Assembly (NCBI RefSeq): GCF_006345805.1
Contig: NC_043012.1
Location: 30,132,001-30,196,000 of the forward strand
DNA: 64,000 bases
Source of the DNA: Octopus sinensis
Lineage: Eukaryota
Direction of reading: 5' to 3'
Shown here in pieces: positions 51,081-62,914 of the stretch. The notes beneath the pieces were generated by a model. The model was not told the DNA's origin, did not search any database, and saw nothing but the letters and a program-made list of their open reading frames with translations. A program made the position numbers and the translations under genes. Within the stretch, counting starts at the first letter, position 1. Each line of letters starts with the position of its first letter.

Positions 51081-54000
51081 GACACAAAAAACATTTTAAT
51101 ATTTTCTTTCTTTTTTTCTGTTGTTTTGTTGTTCCTTCTGTGTGTGTGTATATTTACACACACACATATACATAAGCATATATAGACAGATACGTATATG
51201 TGTATGTTATAAATATAAATTTAAAATGTGTGTGTGTGTGTGTCTTTGTGTTTGTCCCCTATCACTGCTTGACAACCAGTGTTGGTTTGTTTACATCCCC
51301 ATAATCTTGTGGTTCAGCATAAGAGACTGATAAAATAAGTAACGGTCTTTTAAGAAGTAAATAGTGAGGTCAATTGATTTGACTAAAACTTGTCAAAGTG
51401 GTGCACCAGCATGGCCACAGTCCAGTGACTGAAACAAGTAAAAGATTAAGGATAAATTGATTTAACCCTATGACAGCCGAGTCTGTAGGAGGAGCTTACT
51501 GTGATAGCTGCCCAATTCTATTTTATCCTCGGTCCTTTAGAGTGTGTTCCTCTACTCTTGTCTTACCATCACACACTTGTCATAAATAAATGCTAAAATT
51601 TATACAGCTGGTTTCATTCATTTACAATCTTCCATGAAATCATTTCCCACCATTGTTGCTGATTGTACTTAAAGGACAAGAAACAGGTGAGGTTTGGTGC
51701 CAGAAAAGAATTTCAAGGAGAAGGAAAATTTAGCATTACTTCAAAAAGAAAAAAATAGATCAGTAACCAAAGAAAGAATTTAGGGAAGTTTTAAGAAAAT
51801 AGAAAATAGCCAGCATTGCTTGCTTTATGTAAATTAACGAGCCATTACCAGTGGAGCATCATCACAGGAGATGGCTAAAACAGGTAATTGCTTCATCAAT
51901 GTTTCGTTTAATAAATTAGTTTGTATTAACAGAAAGAAGAGAAATTTGAATAATTGTGTTTGAAATGGTGAGAATTAAGCCCATATCTCCTGTGTCTAAT
52001 TTTAAGGGTCTGACTCTGGTTTATCATATCATTACTCGAGAGAGCAATGTTCAAAATGTGACTAGGATCTGTGGCCATTCAAGCGAAAGACTGGGGAATG
52101 GATGCATGCAAGAGACTTATTCCAGTTTAGTATTGTCTGCAAATATATGCCTCTCCTTGTTCCATGTGTGTGTGTGTGTCTGTTATCCTCATCATCACCA
52201 TTATCATTCTGTTGTCTGCTTTCCATGCTGGCATGTGTTGGTTGGGTCATTACAATCCATGTCATCTCCTGTTGGCTGCTGCTATTTCCATAAACTGATG
52301 CTCACACTTGTCATTTGGTTTGATTTACTCTAGTTGGATGCTGTTCCTATTGCCAACCACTCAATGATGGAATGACCCGAGTGTGTTTTTGAGCTCCCAA
52401 CCCAAGACAGGTTGGACAAAGCATCTTCAGAACCCTATGTATTCTCTGCCCTATTTTCCAACTACTTTACAAACTACTATACCATGTATCATCATCATCA
52501 CCATCATGGTTTTAACACTCATTTTTTACTGCTTGCCATGGGGGGGGGGTCAGACACAGTTTTTTTTTTTGAGGCAAATTTTCTTTGGCATGATGGCCCA
52601 TCCTGTCTCCAAGCAAGGCAATATCTCCCCATGGCCAGTACATTTGAAACGAACGACATTGCCTGTGTGACAGTGACACTCATTTACAACCATCATGCTA
52701 TGCCAAAACAAAGACATACAGACAGACTCTGACACACGTCGTCATCATCAGTGAATGTCTATTTTCCAGGATGGCACGAGTTGGACCATGTATACATACA
52801 CACACACACACACACACTCATTCACCCTATATATTTTCTTCTATCAAATCCATTCACAAGGCTTTGGTTGACCTGGGGCTAAAGTAGAAGACACTTGCTC
52901 AATGTGCCATGGGGCTGGACTGAAAACCTCTGGCTGGGAAGCAAGATATTATCTCATATCCTTTTTACATGACAGCATCATGATAAATCCCCTCAATTTT
53001 ACATTGATAATAGTTTGGTGTTAGAAAGAGCATCCATTAAGAAAAAAAGAAAAGTCATAAGCTTCTCTAGAGAATGATGCTGCTGCATCATTCTGATCCT
53101 GCACTCAACAGGTTCAATCTCCAGGATCTCCATTCTAATTTTTCTCTGCCATTTGTACACGTTCAACTTAGCAGCTTGTTCTAGGTTTTCCTCTTGAGTA
53201 TTTGCCATTTATATTTCCCTTCCAGTAATAGTCTTTGTATTCCTTATTCTCTTGCTCTGTTGCCAAACTATTTCGGTTTCTGATTTTTTAATTGTTGAGA
53301 GCAATCATTTCTTTCGTTTCTTTTGCTGGTTGGAACACTTCTTTAGCTTCATGTTTTGTCCAAGATACTCTGCTGCATGAAGCAACCCCGTCCAACCTAT
53401 CAGAGCTCTAAAAGGTCAACCAATGCCTTGTGAATGAATTTGTTAGATGGAAAATGTGTGGAAGCCCAGCGTATGACGTGTGTTGTGTGTGTGTGTGTAG
53501 TATTGGGGTCATTTTGTTCAACAAATTGACTTTCAAGGTGTTGCCCCAGTATGACTGCAGTACAATAATTGAAACAAAAGACAACAGAATCCATAAAATA
53601 GAATTCTGTCATAAAAGTCATTAACTTCTAAACACTTGTTGTTTCTAGCTTTGGGGTGGGTACCACGTATCAGTCTTGGGTACTTGCCTATTGCTTTGCA
53701 AAAAGATGGAGTAAATACCACAAGGTATTTTTTTCTGCTATTTTATGGATTGTGTTAATTCATTGCTACCAGCTTAGGAATTGTTCCAAATGTATCTTGG
53801 ACTACATTGTCCAGTATGTTGTTTAGAATGGCAACCTATGATTTGGAGGGAGATTTGGCTGCTGTTTCCATCAGCTTCAGCAGCTACATAGAAGCTACCT
53901 CAAAACAAAATAGTAATTTATAGAATCAACTTCTGGTTGTAATTATTTCACTGTCTAATGAGCAAAACTTTCACCCCACCCATCAATAATCAATATAGAT

Positions 54001-54344
54001 GATCAAGCTTTGATTGATAATTCTATTCAATGAAGGATCAAACGCTTTGAGGTCGATCTCAGAGTTGTTAAGAAGCAAAATGCACGTTTTACATCCATTT
54101 CTCTGTGCTAGCATGGCTTAGATATGTAGCTGTTACTTAAGTATTGTTTTACAACAGCAGGATGCTCTCCCTGTCACGTAAGCCTTGCCTCCTGTTTATC
54201 AAGTGAAGGATATTTTTATCTCCCTGTCTTTAACAGCCCAGACGGTTTGGCTGGCAGAGAATTGCCAACATAATTCAGTTTGTGGCTCCATTTTAGATTC
54301 ACGTTGGCATAGACTGGATATTTAAGCAGGCATGTGTGCACAAC

Positions 54345-55320
54345 AAACATTAAGCATACATTGAGTATATATTTAACAGAAAGCCAAAATAATAATATAA
54401 CATTTATCAACATAATGAATCCTTTAGCCACATTAGTGCCAAGGAATAAACAATCTAATTGTGAGACCTCCAAGACTGTGACAGTTAGGGATTTAAATAT
54501 TGGCTGCAAGTTATGTAGGAAACCTGGACAAACAAGCAAAGCAATTTTCACTGCCTCTGGACTTCCTCATGTACCGAAAACCACCTGAAATCATATCCTC
54601 AGGATCATGGCTTCTGTGTGGAAACCCCTGGAATTGTCTCCTCACAGGAGTTTGAGGCTTCAATGAGCCCAAAAGTACATGACATTGGATTTGAGTTGTG
54701 TTCTGTTCACTGATGAAACCAGGGCAACTGTTGAGGGACCTGATGGTTGGAGATGAGGGCCATTAATGTTTGCAACATCAACAACAAAGTGGAGGGGTCA
54801 TGTTGTGGGCTGGTATCATTGGGGACAGGACTTGTTGGCCCAGTCAGGGTACCTGAAGAGGTTCAAGTGACCGCAGTCGCCTACTCCAATCTCCTGAAGG
54901 AGGACTTGGCTAGATGACCTACTGCTGTCACTTCTAAGGACTCTCGCATTCATGCATGACAATGTGCCCTCCCACTCTGAGAACCACCCAAACATTTCTA
55001 CGGTCTTATGGCATACAAGGTGAAAAGTTAATGGTGTGGCTGCTAGCATCTCTGGATCTCAACTGTATCGAAAATCTTTGGTCCATCATTAAACAAGATG
55101 TTTATGCCAATAGATGCAAATTTACATCAAAAGATGTCTTATGGGCAACCATTGAAACTGTAAGCAGAGGCAGTCCAACCTGCTTCTATTAAGAAATTGA
55201 CAGATTCCATGGCTATCTGTTGAAATGGTGCTCATGTAGCTAAATAATTCATTATGTCGATAAATGTTATTATAATATGTTTTTCTGTTAAATATATTCT
55301 CAATGTATGCTTAATACATA
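54345..55320 (+). mobile_element. Tc1-like (DD34E) transposon relic with ~100-bp inverted ends
   Basis: Transposase pieces VLFTDET, GGVMLWAGI, FMHDN and SLDLNCIENLWSIIKQ. 54348-54440 is the reverse complement of ~55225-55315. Confidence 0.85.
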
Positions 55321-56052
55321 TCATTACCCTTCATTTTCTGAAACAAAAAAAGCAAATTGTGTAGGTGGGCTATTTTCATTCAAAAGCTATTTGTGTGGTT
55401 CACCGAAAAACTGAAGAATCTGAAATAAAAAAGAAAGAATGTTACACAGAATAATGAAAACATAACAATGGTGTTGCCATAGTGTGCAAACCAGCTAGAA
55501 AAAGTTTTATCAAAATCTATTCATGGAAAACGGAGTCAAGTGCTACATAGGTGAATTGAACTCCAACCTCTGTGGTTGTGAATGAAACGTCTTAGCCACA
55601 CAGCTAAGCCAACACTTACAAAGTGTTCAACATCTTTGTTTTCTTTTTTCTAAGAAATTCTGCCTAATGAAACGGCTTTCCCGACTCAATCTCTGTAGAC
55701 CCTCTAATTGGCGCAGGCTCCTGGACTGCACTCCTAAAACCCATGTGTGTGGGTTGGTGCTCATTTTTTTTTTGTTTTTGCTTTTGTTATAGCTTAATTA
55801 AAACAGGAAGTGTAGTGCTTTTGACTCTTAAGCAAGAATCCCAGAACTGATCAACGAAAAGGAAGTTGATCTGTTCAAAGCAGAACTTCCCCTGAATGCT
55901 GGCAACAGAGGAGGCCCCTAAGGACTCCTGTTTAAATCCTGCTGAGGTCAACTTGACTTGTAGATTTGTAGCATCACTTGGCACCTTGGATGCTGTCTTT
56001 AGCAGAATCCACACTTTAGGAAGCATTTGGATCAGGACTTTGGTAATGTATA

Positions 56053-56095
<43 letters not shown>

Positions 56096-56126
56096 CCATC
56101 CGGTATACATTAAAGTGATGATGAAG

Positions 56127-56528
56127 TTGGAGTAAAGATTGTCTGCCAACATAACATGGCAGTCCTGGTTTAGGATGAATGTTGCTGTAACTTAGCCCCA
56201 GGAGACATCGTTTCCAGTTGGCTATACAACACAATCTGTGTCCTTATATTTTCAAACAAGGGAATCTAGCACCCCCACTCAGCTCAAATCAATATCTGTG
56301 TACCATGATTTCCGGGTTATTCTGTGCTGATGAAGGGAAATAACCCGGAAATCGCGATAAACAGATATTATTTTGAGCTGATTGGGGGTGCTAGATTCCC
56401 TTGTTCGAAAATATAAGGACACTGATCGTGTCTTATAGCCAGCTGGAGACGATGTCTCCTGGGGTTAAATTACAGGAACATTCGTCCTAAACCAGGACTG
56501 CCATGTTGGCAAACAATCTTTACTCCAA
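56127..56528. repeat. Long imperfect palindrome (arms ~190 bp, ~17-nt spacer), probably a Penelope-like pLTR inversion
   Basis: TTGGAGTAAAGATTGTCTGCCAAC...GATTTCCGGGTTATT pairs with AATAACCCGGAAATC...GTTGGCAAACAATCTTTACTCCAA. Confidence 0.9.
56321..56365 (+). ncRNA. Minimal type-I hammerhead ribozyme motif
   Basis: TCTGTG-CTGATGA-A-GGG-AAATAA-CCC-G-GAAA-T-CGCG-ATA-AACAGA: core boxes, short stem II, palindromic stem/loop III and a 5-bp stem I with one mismatch next to the core. Confidence 0.65.
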
Positions 56529-57689
56529 AGTACTGTCGCTGAATATCTCTCGTTATGAGATTTAAAAATAGTAATTTTCTAATTGATGATGATGTTATAT
56601 AAAACAAATATCAGGATTTAAAGTAAAACTCAAATCTTTTGTTTTCATTTATTTCAATCGTGGGTTTCAAAATCAATTTTGTTTTTAATTTTTTATCCTA
56701 TATTTTAAGTAAAATCCCCTGTTGTTATCATCTCTATCCATTTTACTGCTTGGATTTGTCTTTCTCAGTCAGGTGGTGACCCCTTCTATAAATTTCTACA
56801 ACATGATATTACTTGTACCTACCTCTGTATATACACATACATACGTGCACACACACACATGTGTGCATGCATGCATGCACACACACATATTGTGTTGGTA
56901 CATTTGTAGATGACTCAGTTATGATGTGTAAATCTCCAAATTAGCAACCATATTATTGCAGGGCACAGTCTCAATTTACAGAGTTCTGGGTCATACATAG
57001 GCTCAGCAGGCTTCCTCTCTCCCACTCTGCTCAATGAGTTATTAAGCTTTCACAAAATGTATTATTTCTTCTGTTCTGTTCTGGGCTTCTATTACAGCAT
57101 CCATCATATGTTATTTATTCATTCATTTCCATGCACTGCACTCTTTCAAATATACAAAATATATTCACTGCAGAAAACATGTTGCAGCTCTGGCATTTAC
57201 TGATGGAAGGGCAACATTTTGCGTTGCTGATACTTTGAGAATCACATTTGACAAACTACATGCATAGATCTGTGTGTCTGTGTGTCTCAAGTTCTTCTGG
57301 GTCTTTTCGTCTTTTCAGATCAGCCAGAAAGAAATCAATTCCATGAATGGTTTCCCAATGCAGCGTAACAAGTAAGCAAGTATGTGTCTTTTAAAAAAGC
57401 TTATCAATGATGCAGGGATGTGGTTGCTATGTGCTTTTATGCGGATGAAGTGACAAACAAATATAATCCTTAGATGAGCGAGGACCACTTGGAGAATTCT
57501 TAACAACATAATTAGAGAACAAACTCAGCTCACTGACCAACACACACACACAAAAAAAATAATTTTCAACACTTGATGACAACTTGGAAACCAAGAAGAA
57601 CAGCCAGGGAATTAATTCTGATACATTTTTTCTCTCTCTCTTCATTTTTTTTTTTGCTCTCATCCCTTTGTGTTCATCTAAAACACCAG

Positions 57690-57912
57690 AACCGCCTGAC
57701 TAGCCCTTGTGCTGGTGGCACGTAAAAGCACCCACTACACACTCGGAGTGGTTGGCGTTAGGAAGGGCATCTAGGTGTAGAAACTTTGCCAGATCAGATT
57801 GGAACCTGGTGCAGCCTTCTGATTCACCAGTCCTCAGTCAAACCGTCCAACCCATGCTAGCATGGAAAGCGGATGTTAAACGACGAGGACGTTGATGATG
57901 AAGATGATGATG
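57690..57912 (+). mobile_element. Short RTE 3' end insertion (one repeat module)
   Basis: GTGCTGGTGGCACGTAAAAGCACCCACTACACACTCGGAGTGG...(GAT)n. Confidence 0.85.
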
Positions 57913-57936
57913 ATATATCTATATATATATATATAT

Positions 57937-59600
57937 ATTTTGACAGAGTCCCCCGATCCCTTATTTGGTAGGCGATGCAGAAACTGGAGATTGATGAATG
58001 GTTAATAAGGGCAGTACAGGCCCTTTACAGAGAGGCTGTTAGTAAGGTTAGGATTAGCAATGAGTACAGTGAAGAATTCCGAGTAGAAGTTGGCGCCCAC
58101 CAAGGCTCAGCCATCAGTCCCCTTCTATTCATCATAGTCCTCCAGGCAATAACAGAGGAATTGAAGATGGGTTGCCCCTGGGAGCTCCTCTATGTTGATG
58201 ACCTAGCCCTTGTAGCAGAATCACTACCGGAACTAGAGAGGAAATTTTGTGTGTGGAAGCTAGGGTTAGAATCAAAAGGCCTTAGAACCAATGTAGCAAA
58301 GACCAAAGTTCTAGTAAGTAGGAAGGCAAACTCACCACACACTCCTTCAGGTAGGTGGCCCTGCTCGATCTGTAGAAAAGGTGTAGGTAGAAACTCCATA
58401 AGATGTACCCAGTGTAAGCTATGGACACATAAGAGGTGCAGCAATATCAAAGAAAAATTAACCGGGAAGATAGCTTTCGTGTGCAGCAGATGCACAGGGG
58501 CAATAGATACCATTGATACTCAGAAAACAGATTCCATTACACTCCTGGGGGAGAAACTAGAAGTAGTTGATAGCTTCTGCTACCTAGGTGACCAAGTTAG
58601 TAGTGGAGGTGGATGCTCAGAGAGTGTCACTACTAGAATACGAATAACCTGGGCAAAGTTTTGAAAGCTCCTACCCCTAATGGCGACAAAGGGTCTCTCG
58701 CTCAGAGTGAAAGGTAGATTGTATGATGCATGTGTGTGAACTGCCATGCTTCACGGTATGAAACATGGGCCGTGACTGTGGAGTACATGCGTAGGCTCGA
58801 AAGAAATGAAGCTAGCATGATCCGCTGGATGTGTAATGTCAGTGTCCATGCACGACAGAGTGTAACCACCCTGAGAGAAATGTTGGGCATAAGAAGCATT
58901 AGATGCAGTGTGCAGGAGAGACATTAAAGTTGGTACGGTCATGTACTAAGGATGGACGAGGAGAGATGTGTGAAGAAGTGCCACTCCCAAACTGTTAAAG
59001 GAATCCGGGGTAGAGGTAGACCCAGGAAGACATGGGATGAGGTGGTCAAGCATGACCTTTGTACGTTGAGCCTCACAGAGGCTATGAGGAAAGACCGAGT
59101 CCTCTGGAGATATGCTGTGACTTCGAAGACCTGACAAATGAAGTGAGTTCATGGCTAGCAGGATGGCCTGCTGTGCTAACCTTGGATCGTAGAGTGACCC
59201 GCTGTTCTTGAGAAGACCTATTGAGCCAAGTACGTTAAAACCAACATCAAATGAAAATTGAATGGAAATGGTAGTTAAGACACCCGTGCCGGTGACAAGT
59301 TAAAAGAAAAGCACTGTCCGAATGTGGCCGATGCCAGCGCCACCTGACTGGTGTCCGTGTCGGTGACACGTAAAAGCATCAACTGATTGTGGCTGTCTGC
59401 CAGTCCCCACCGGCCTCTGTGCCGGCGGCACGTAAAAAGCACCCACTACACTCACGGAGTGGTTGGCGTTAGGAAGGGCATCCAGCTGTAGAAACACTGC
59501 CAGATCAGACTGGAGTCTGGTGCAGCCTCCTGGCTTCCCAGACCCCTGTCAAACCGTCCAACTCATGCTAGCATGGTAAACGGACATTAAACGACGATGA

Positions 59601-59604
<4 letters not shown>
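57937..59604 (+). mobile_element. RTE LINE, 5'-truncated within RT, related subfamily
   Basis: ORF 57975-58664 has GAHQGSAISP, LLYVDDL, an intact Cys/His insert and FCYLG. GRGRPRKTW follows, then a (GAT)n tail. Flanked by (TA)n on both sides. Confidence 0.95.
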
Positions 59605-59649
<45 letters not shown>

Positions 59650-59650
<1 letters not shown>

Positions 59651-60461
59651 TAGCAGTATTGCCCGGCTCGTGCATTCTATGCACGCGCGAATTAAGCTAA
59701 ACTTGGATGAAGTTCAATCAAAATTCAATTATTTTGGTTTTAAAATCAAGCATTTAATGCCCTCTATTTTTGCACTTATGTGTTCCATTTCCTCAATAGG
59801 AAGTACGTAGAAACGTTTCATAAATTTTTGTTGATCAAATAATTGCATTGTTGAATTATTCTTTTAGATCAGTATTTCTCAAAGGGGATTTCAGGGGAGA
59901 GTTTCAGGGAGTCGCTGGCGATGTATCGTGATGATCAAAAATCCAGCCTGCTAAAATTTGGTTAAAGTGATTCAGACTGCAGACTCAACGCAAAATGGTC
60001 ACATTTAATTCAAAGCGTTAAAAATGTTATGAAAACAATTGGTATGTGTTCACAAAGTCCAAACGATTAATACGAAAAAACCCTCCAGGCTACATCCCGA
60101 AAATTCATTTCTTTGCCGAATTACTACAATGTTTATGGCGATTAATTTTTATATCTTGATTTTTTATTTTTCATGCAATTTACGCATGCTTGCACACGTG
60201 GTGAACACAGTTCACGTCAAACAGCTGACTGAGTAAAGTTCACTATTCAATGCATGGGATAAGGCCTAAACAAACACATTATCGATTTTTGCACTTGCGA
60301 GATGAATTTCGGAACAGAAATAGCGCAGTTCAATTTTCATTCGCCTAAACTTTAAGTGAGCCATTTTTGGTGGTTCTACGATTTGTTGGCTAGGAGGAGA
60401 TGTGCCGGGAAGTTAAACAGATAGACACACAGACACACAAGTTGAGTTTTATATATATAGA
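59650..60461 (-). mobile_element. Non-autonomous Helitron (~810 bp)
   Basis: Minus strand starts TCTATATATATAAAAC, followed by (TG/TCTG) repeats, and ends GCCGGGCAATACTGCTAG. Inserted at A^T; the terminal hairpin is partly lost. Confidence 0.7.
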
Positions 60462-61189
60462 TGCATGTATGTATGTATATACATGGAGAAAGAGAGTAGA
60501 TAGATGCTTTTATCAGCCGGCTTCAGAGAAAGTGAGCTAACAGAGTGCTAAGTTACTTTGATAGGTTAGGTTTCGGCCATTATTGGCCCAGGCCATGTCT
60601 AACTTAATAGCACCACTGGAGAGCAAGGAGTTCTGTTCCACAACCCTCATCGACACATGGTGGCAAGGCACGCGTAGAAAGATGTTTATCTCGTTCATCT
60701 GGTTTGTGTCAAAGAAAAAAAAAGAAAGAAACGAAAAGTAGCTTAAGGATTTGTTAAAATATAGTAAAAGAAAAAACAAACCAAAAAAATCTATACATAC
60801 ACACATACATACTTCAGACATACTTTTTATGTTTGTATGTATTTGTGTGTGTATGTGTGTATGATGTATGGGTATGCACGGAGACTCGAGGTGGTCTGTA
60901 TGTCAGTAACACACGTTTGTTTGTTTGCTTGTATGTGTGTATGTGTGTGTGTGTGTGTGTGTGTGTTCACAAAGACTGGCGATGACATTTGGCAATTTTC
61001 AAAAGATTCTTCCGAGTTGGTAGCAAAGCAGCCAAACGAGAGCAGAATGTTTCTAATTGAAGCTGAGCGACACACAGACACACTTGCCCTGCATCACTGT
61101 GCACCCTACTTGTCTTAATCTACGATGAAAAAAATCGCTAAGTCTTCCTAAATTGTGTCAGAATTTCCTGATAAATTAAATAAAAGTAA

Positions 61190-61340
61190 ATGTGACCTTG
61201 ACCTTTTTTCACTCAAGGGTAGATAACTGCTGCTGATCAATTTTGACAAATGACCTTGAAACATGAATATGACCTTAGCTTTTCTCGTAACTACACACCC
61301 TCGGCAATCTGTTCCGCTATAAAATAAAACCCGGAAGTTG
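61190..61340. promoter_or_regulatory. Candidate promoter/enhancer motif cluster
   Basis: Three TGACCTT nuclear-receptor-type half sites (~61193, 61251, 61270) and an ETS-type CCGGAAGT (~61331) in non-repeat, CpG-retaining DNA. Confidence 0.3.
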
Positions 61341-61756
61341 TTGAAGTAAACCAAAAAGAAAAAGGGACATTGTTATTGTTTTGGCAAAACTGATAGAACG
61401 CTGGACGAAATGCCAGCTTTTTATGTTTTGGTTTCAAATCCGACCTAAGTCCACTTTGCTTTTCATCAGCGACGGTTTTCTTTTCTTTTTCTCTTTTTAC
61501 GAATAACTGCGGGATAAATAACGAAACGAAACCATACTTGGGAAATACAAAATTAGACTTGGGTATCCCGATTAAACAAAACGAACGAATAAATATTTAA
61601 AAATCAGCTTTTTTTTTTAAAGCTTAAATTATTTTTTTAAAAGTTATTAAGCTAGCAACGAAAAATACAATATATATATATATATATATACATCCATCCA
61701 TCTATCTATCTATCTATCTGCACACAAGTGTGTGTGTATACATACATTATATATTA

Positions 61757-62127
61757 TTTTACTTGTTTCAGTCATTTGACTGTGGCCATGCTGGAGCACC
61801 GCCTTTATCAAACAAATCGATCCCAGGGCTTATTCTTTGTAAGCCTAGTACTTATTCTATCGGCCTCTATTAACGAATCGCTAGGTTACAGGGACGTAAA
61901 CGCACCAGCATCGGTTGTCAAAGGATTGTGGGGGGACAAACACAGACACACACATATATATATACGACAGGCTTCTTTCAGTTTCTGTGTGCCAAATCCA
62001 CTCACAAGACTTTGGTCGGTCCGAAGTTATAGCAGAAGATACTTGCCTAAGGTGCCATGAAGTGGGACTGAACCCGGAACTATGTGGTTGGGAAGCAAGC
62101 TTCCTACTACACAGCCAGCCTGCGCCT
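61757..62127 (-). mobile_element. Full-length, well-preserved SINE family 1
   Basis: Reverse complement: AGGCGCAGGCTGGCTGTGTAGTAGGAAGC...GGGTTCAGTCCCAC...GGCGGTGCTCCAGCATGGCCACAGTCAAATGACTGAAACAAGTAAAA. Confidence 0.85.
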
Positions 62128-62623
62128 ATTATATATATATATATATATATATATCATATAAACAAAATGAGCTAAGGGAAATAACCAATGATATGTATTT
62201 GAGCAACGTAAACATATAGAGGTATAGCAAATACCATACAACATATATTATAACAATCTCTGCTTCGAGAGGATATGTCATAATTACCAAATGGCAATTA
62301 AAACTAACTCCATAGGGGAAGGAGAGATAATCGCAAGAATCACGTGTTCTCCAAAACCGAGATAAAGGACAGGCTTATTTGCTGGCGAAGGCTTTTGAGC
62401 TGGAAACACGTGAGAACAGCTGAGCTCGTATATCCAGACAATAAGATTTAGGGACCAGCTAAAGCACCTTGGTGGATTCGAAACCAAATCTACATCTTTA
62501 TTGTCAAGTTTCGGTCTTTTGTTTTCTCCTCTCAGCACTTAGAGATTAATGAGGATGAGTTGTCGTCTGAGACCTTCTCCAGTCATGGAAGGGTTAGAAA
62601 GATAATTCTGGGTAAAATCTTTT

Positions 62624-62914
62624 GGATCTTTTCCTTTTGAACGGCAGTTTTCAACACAATAACTAGTTAACTAAACACTTTTAAACTTCGTATACTGGTA
62701 GAATGTGTCAAAATAAAACATTTTTTTCTCTTGGGTTTCTTGAGAAAATTGTAATTTGTAAGTTTAACGTAGTTTAATTTTTCGAATTTTAACCAATCGA
62801 TTGCCTCTATTGAGCTAAACTCATTTGCTGCGTTTAAAACTGAGACAACATCCTGTCACTAACCCTCACTAACCCTCACCCTGCTGAAAACTGCCGGCCG
62901 AAAGGAAAAGATCC
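62624..62914. mobile_element. 291-bp MITE with 30-bp TIRs and a perfect 8-bp TSD (AATCTTTT)
   Basis: Left TIR GGATCTTTTCCTTTTGAACGGCAGTTTTCA versus reverse complement of right TIR GGATCTTTTCCTTTCGGCCGGCAGTTTTCA (27/30). TSD at 62616-62623 and 62915-62922. Confidence 0.88.

Noticed and set aside
52999-53400. Possible LINE ORF1-like remnant on the minus strand
   Set aside because: Only vague similarity (RIRNTKTITG...ENLEQ) with stops; not supportable without a search.
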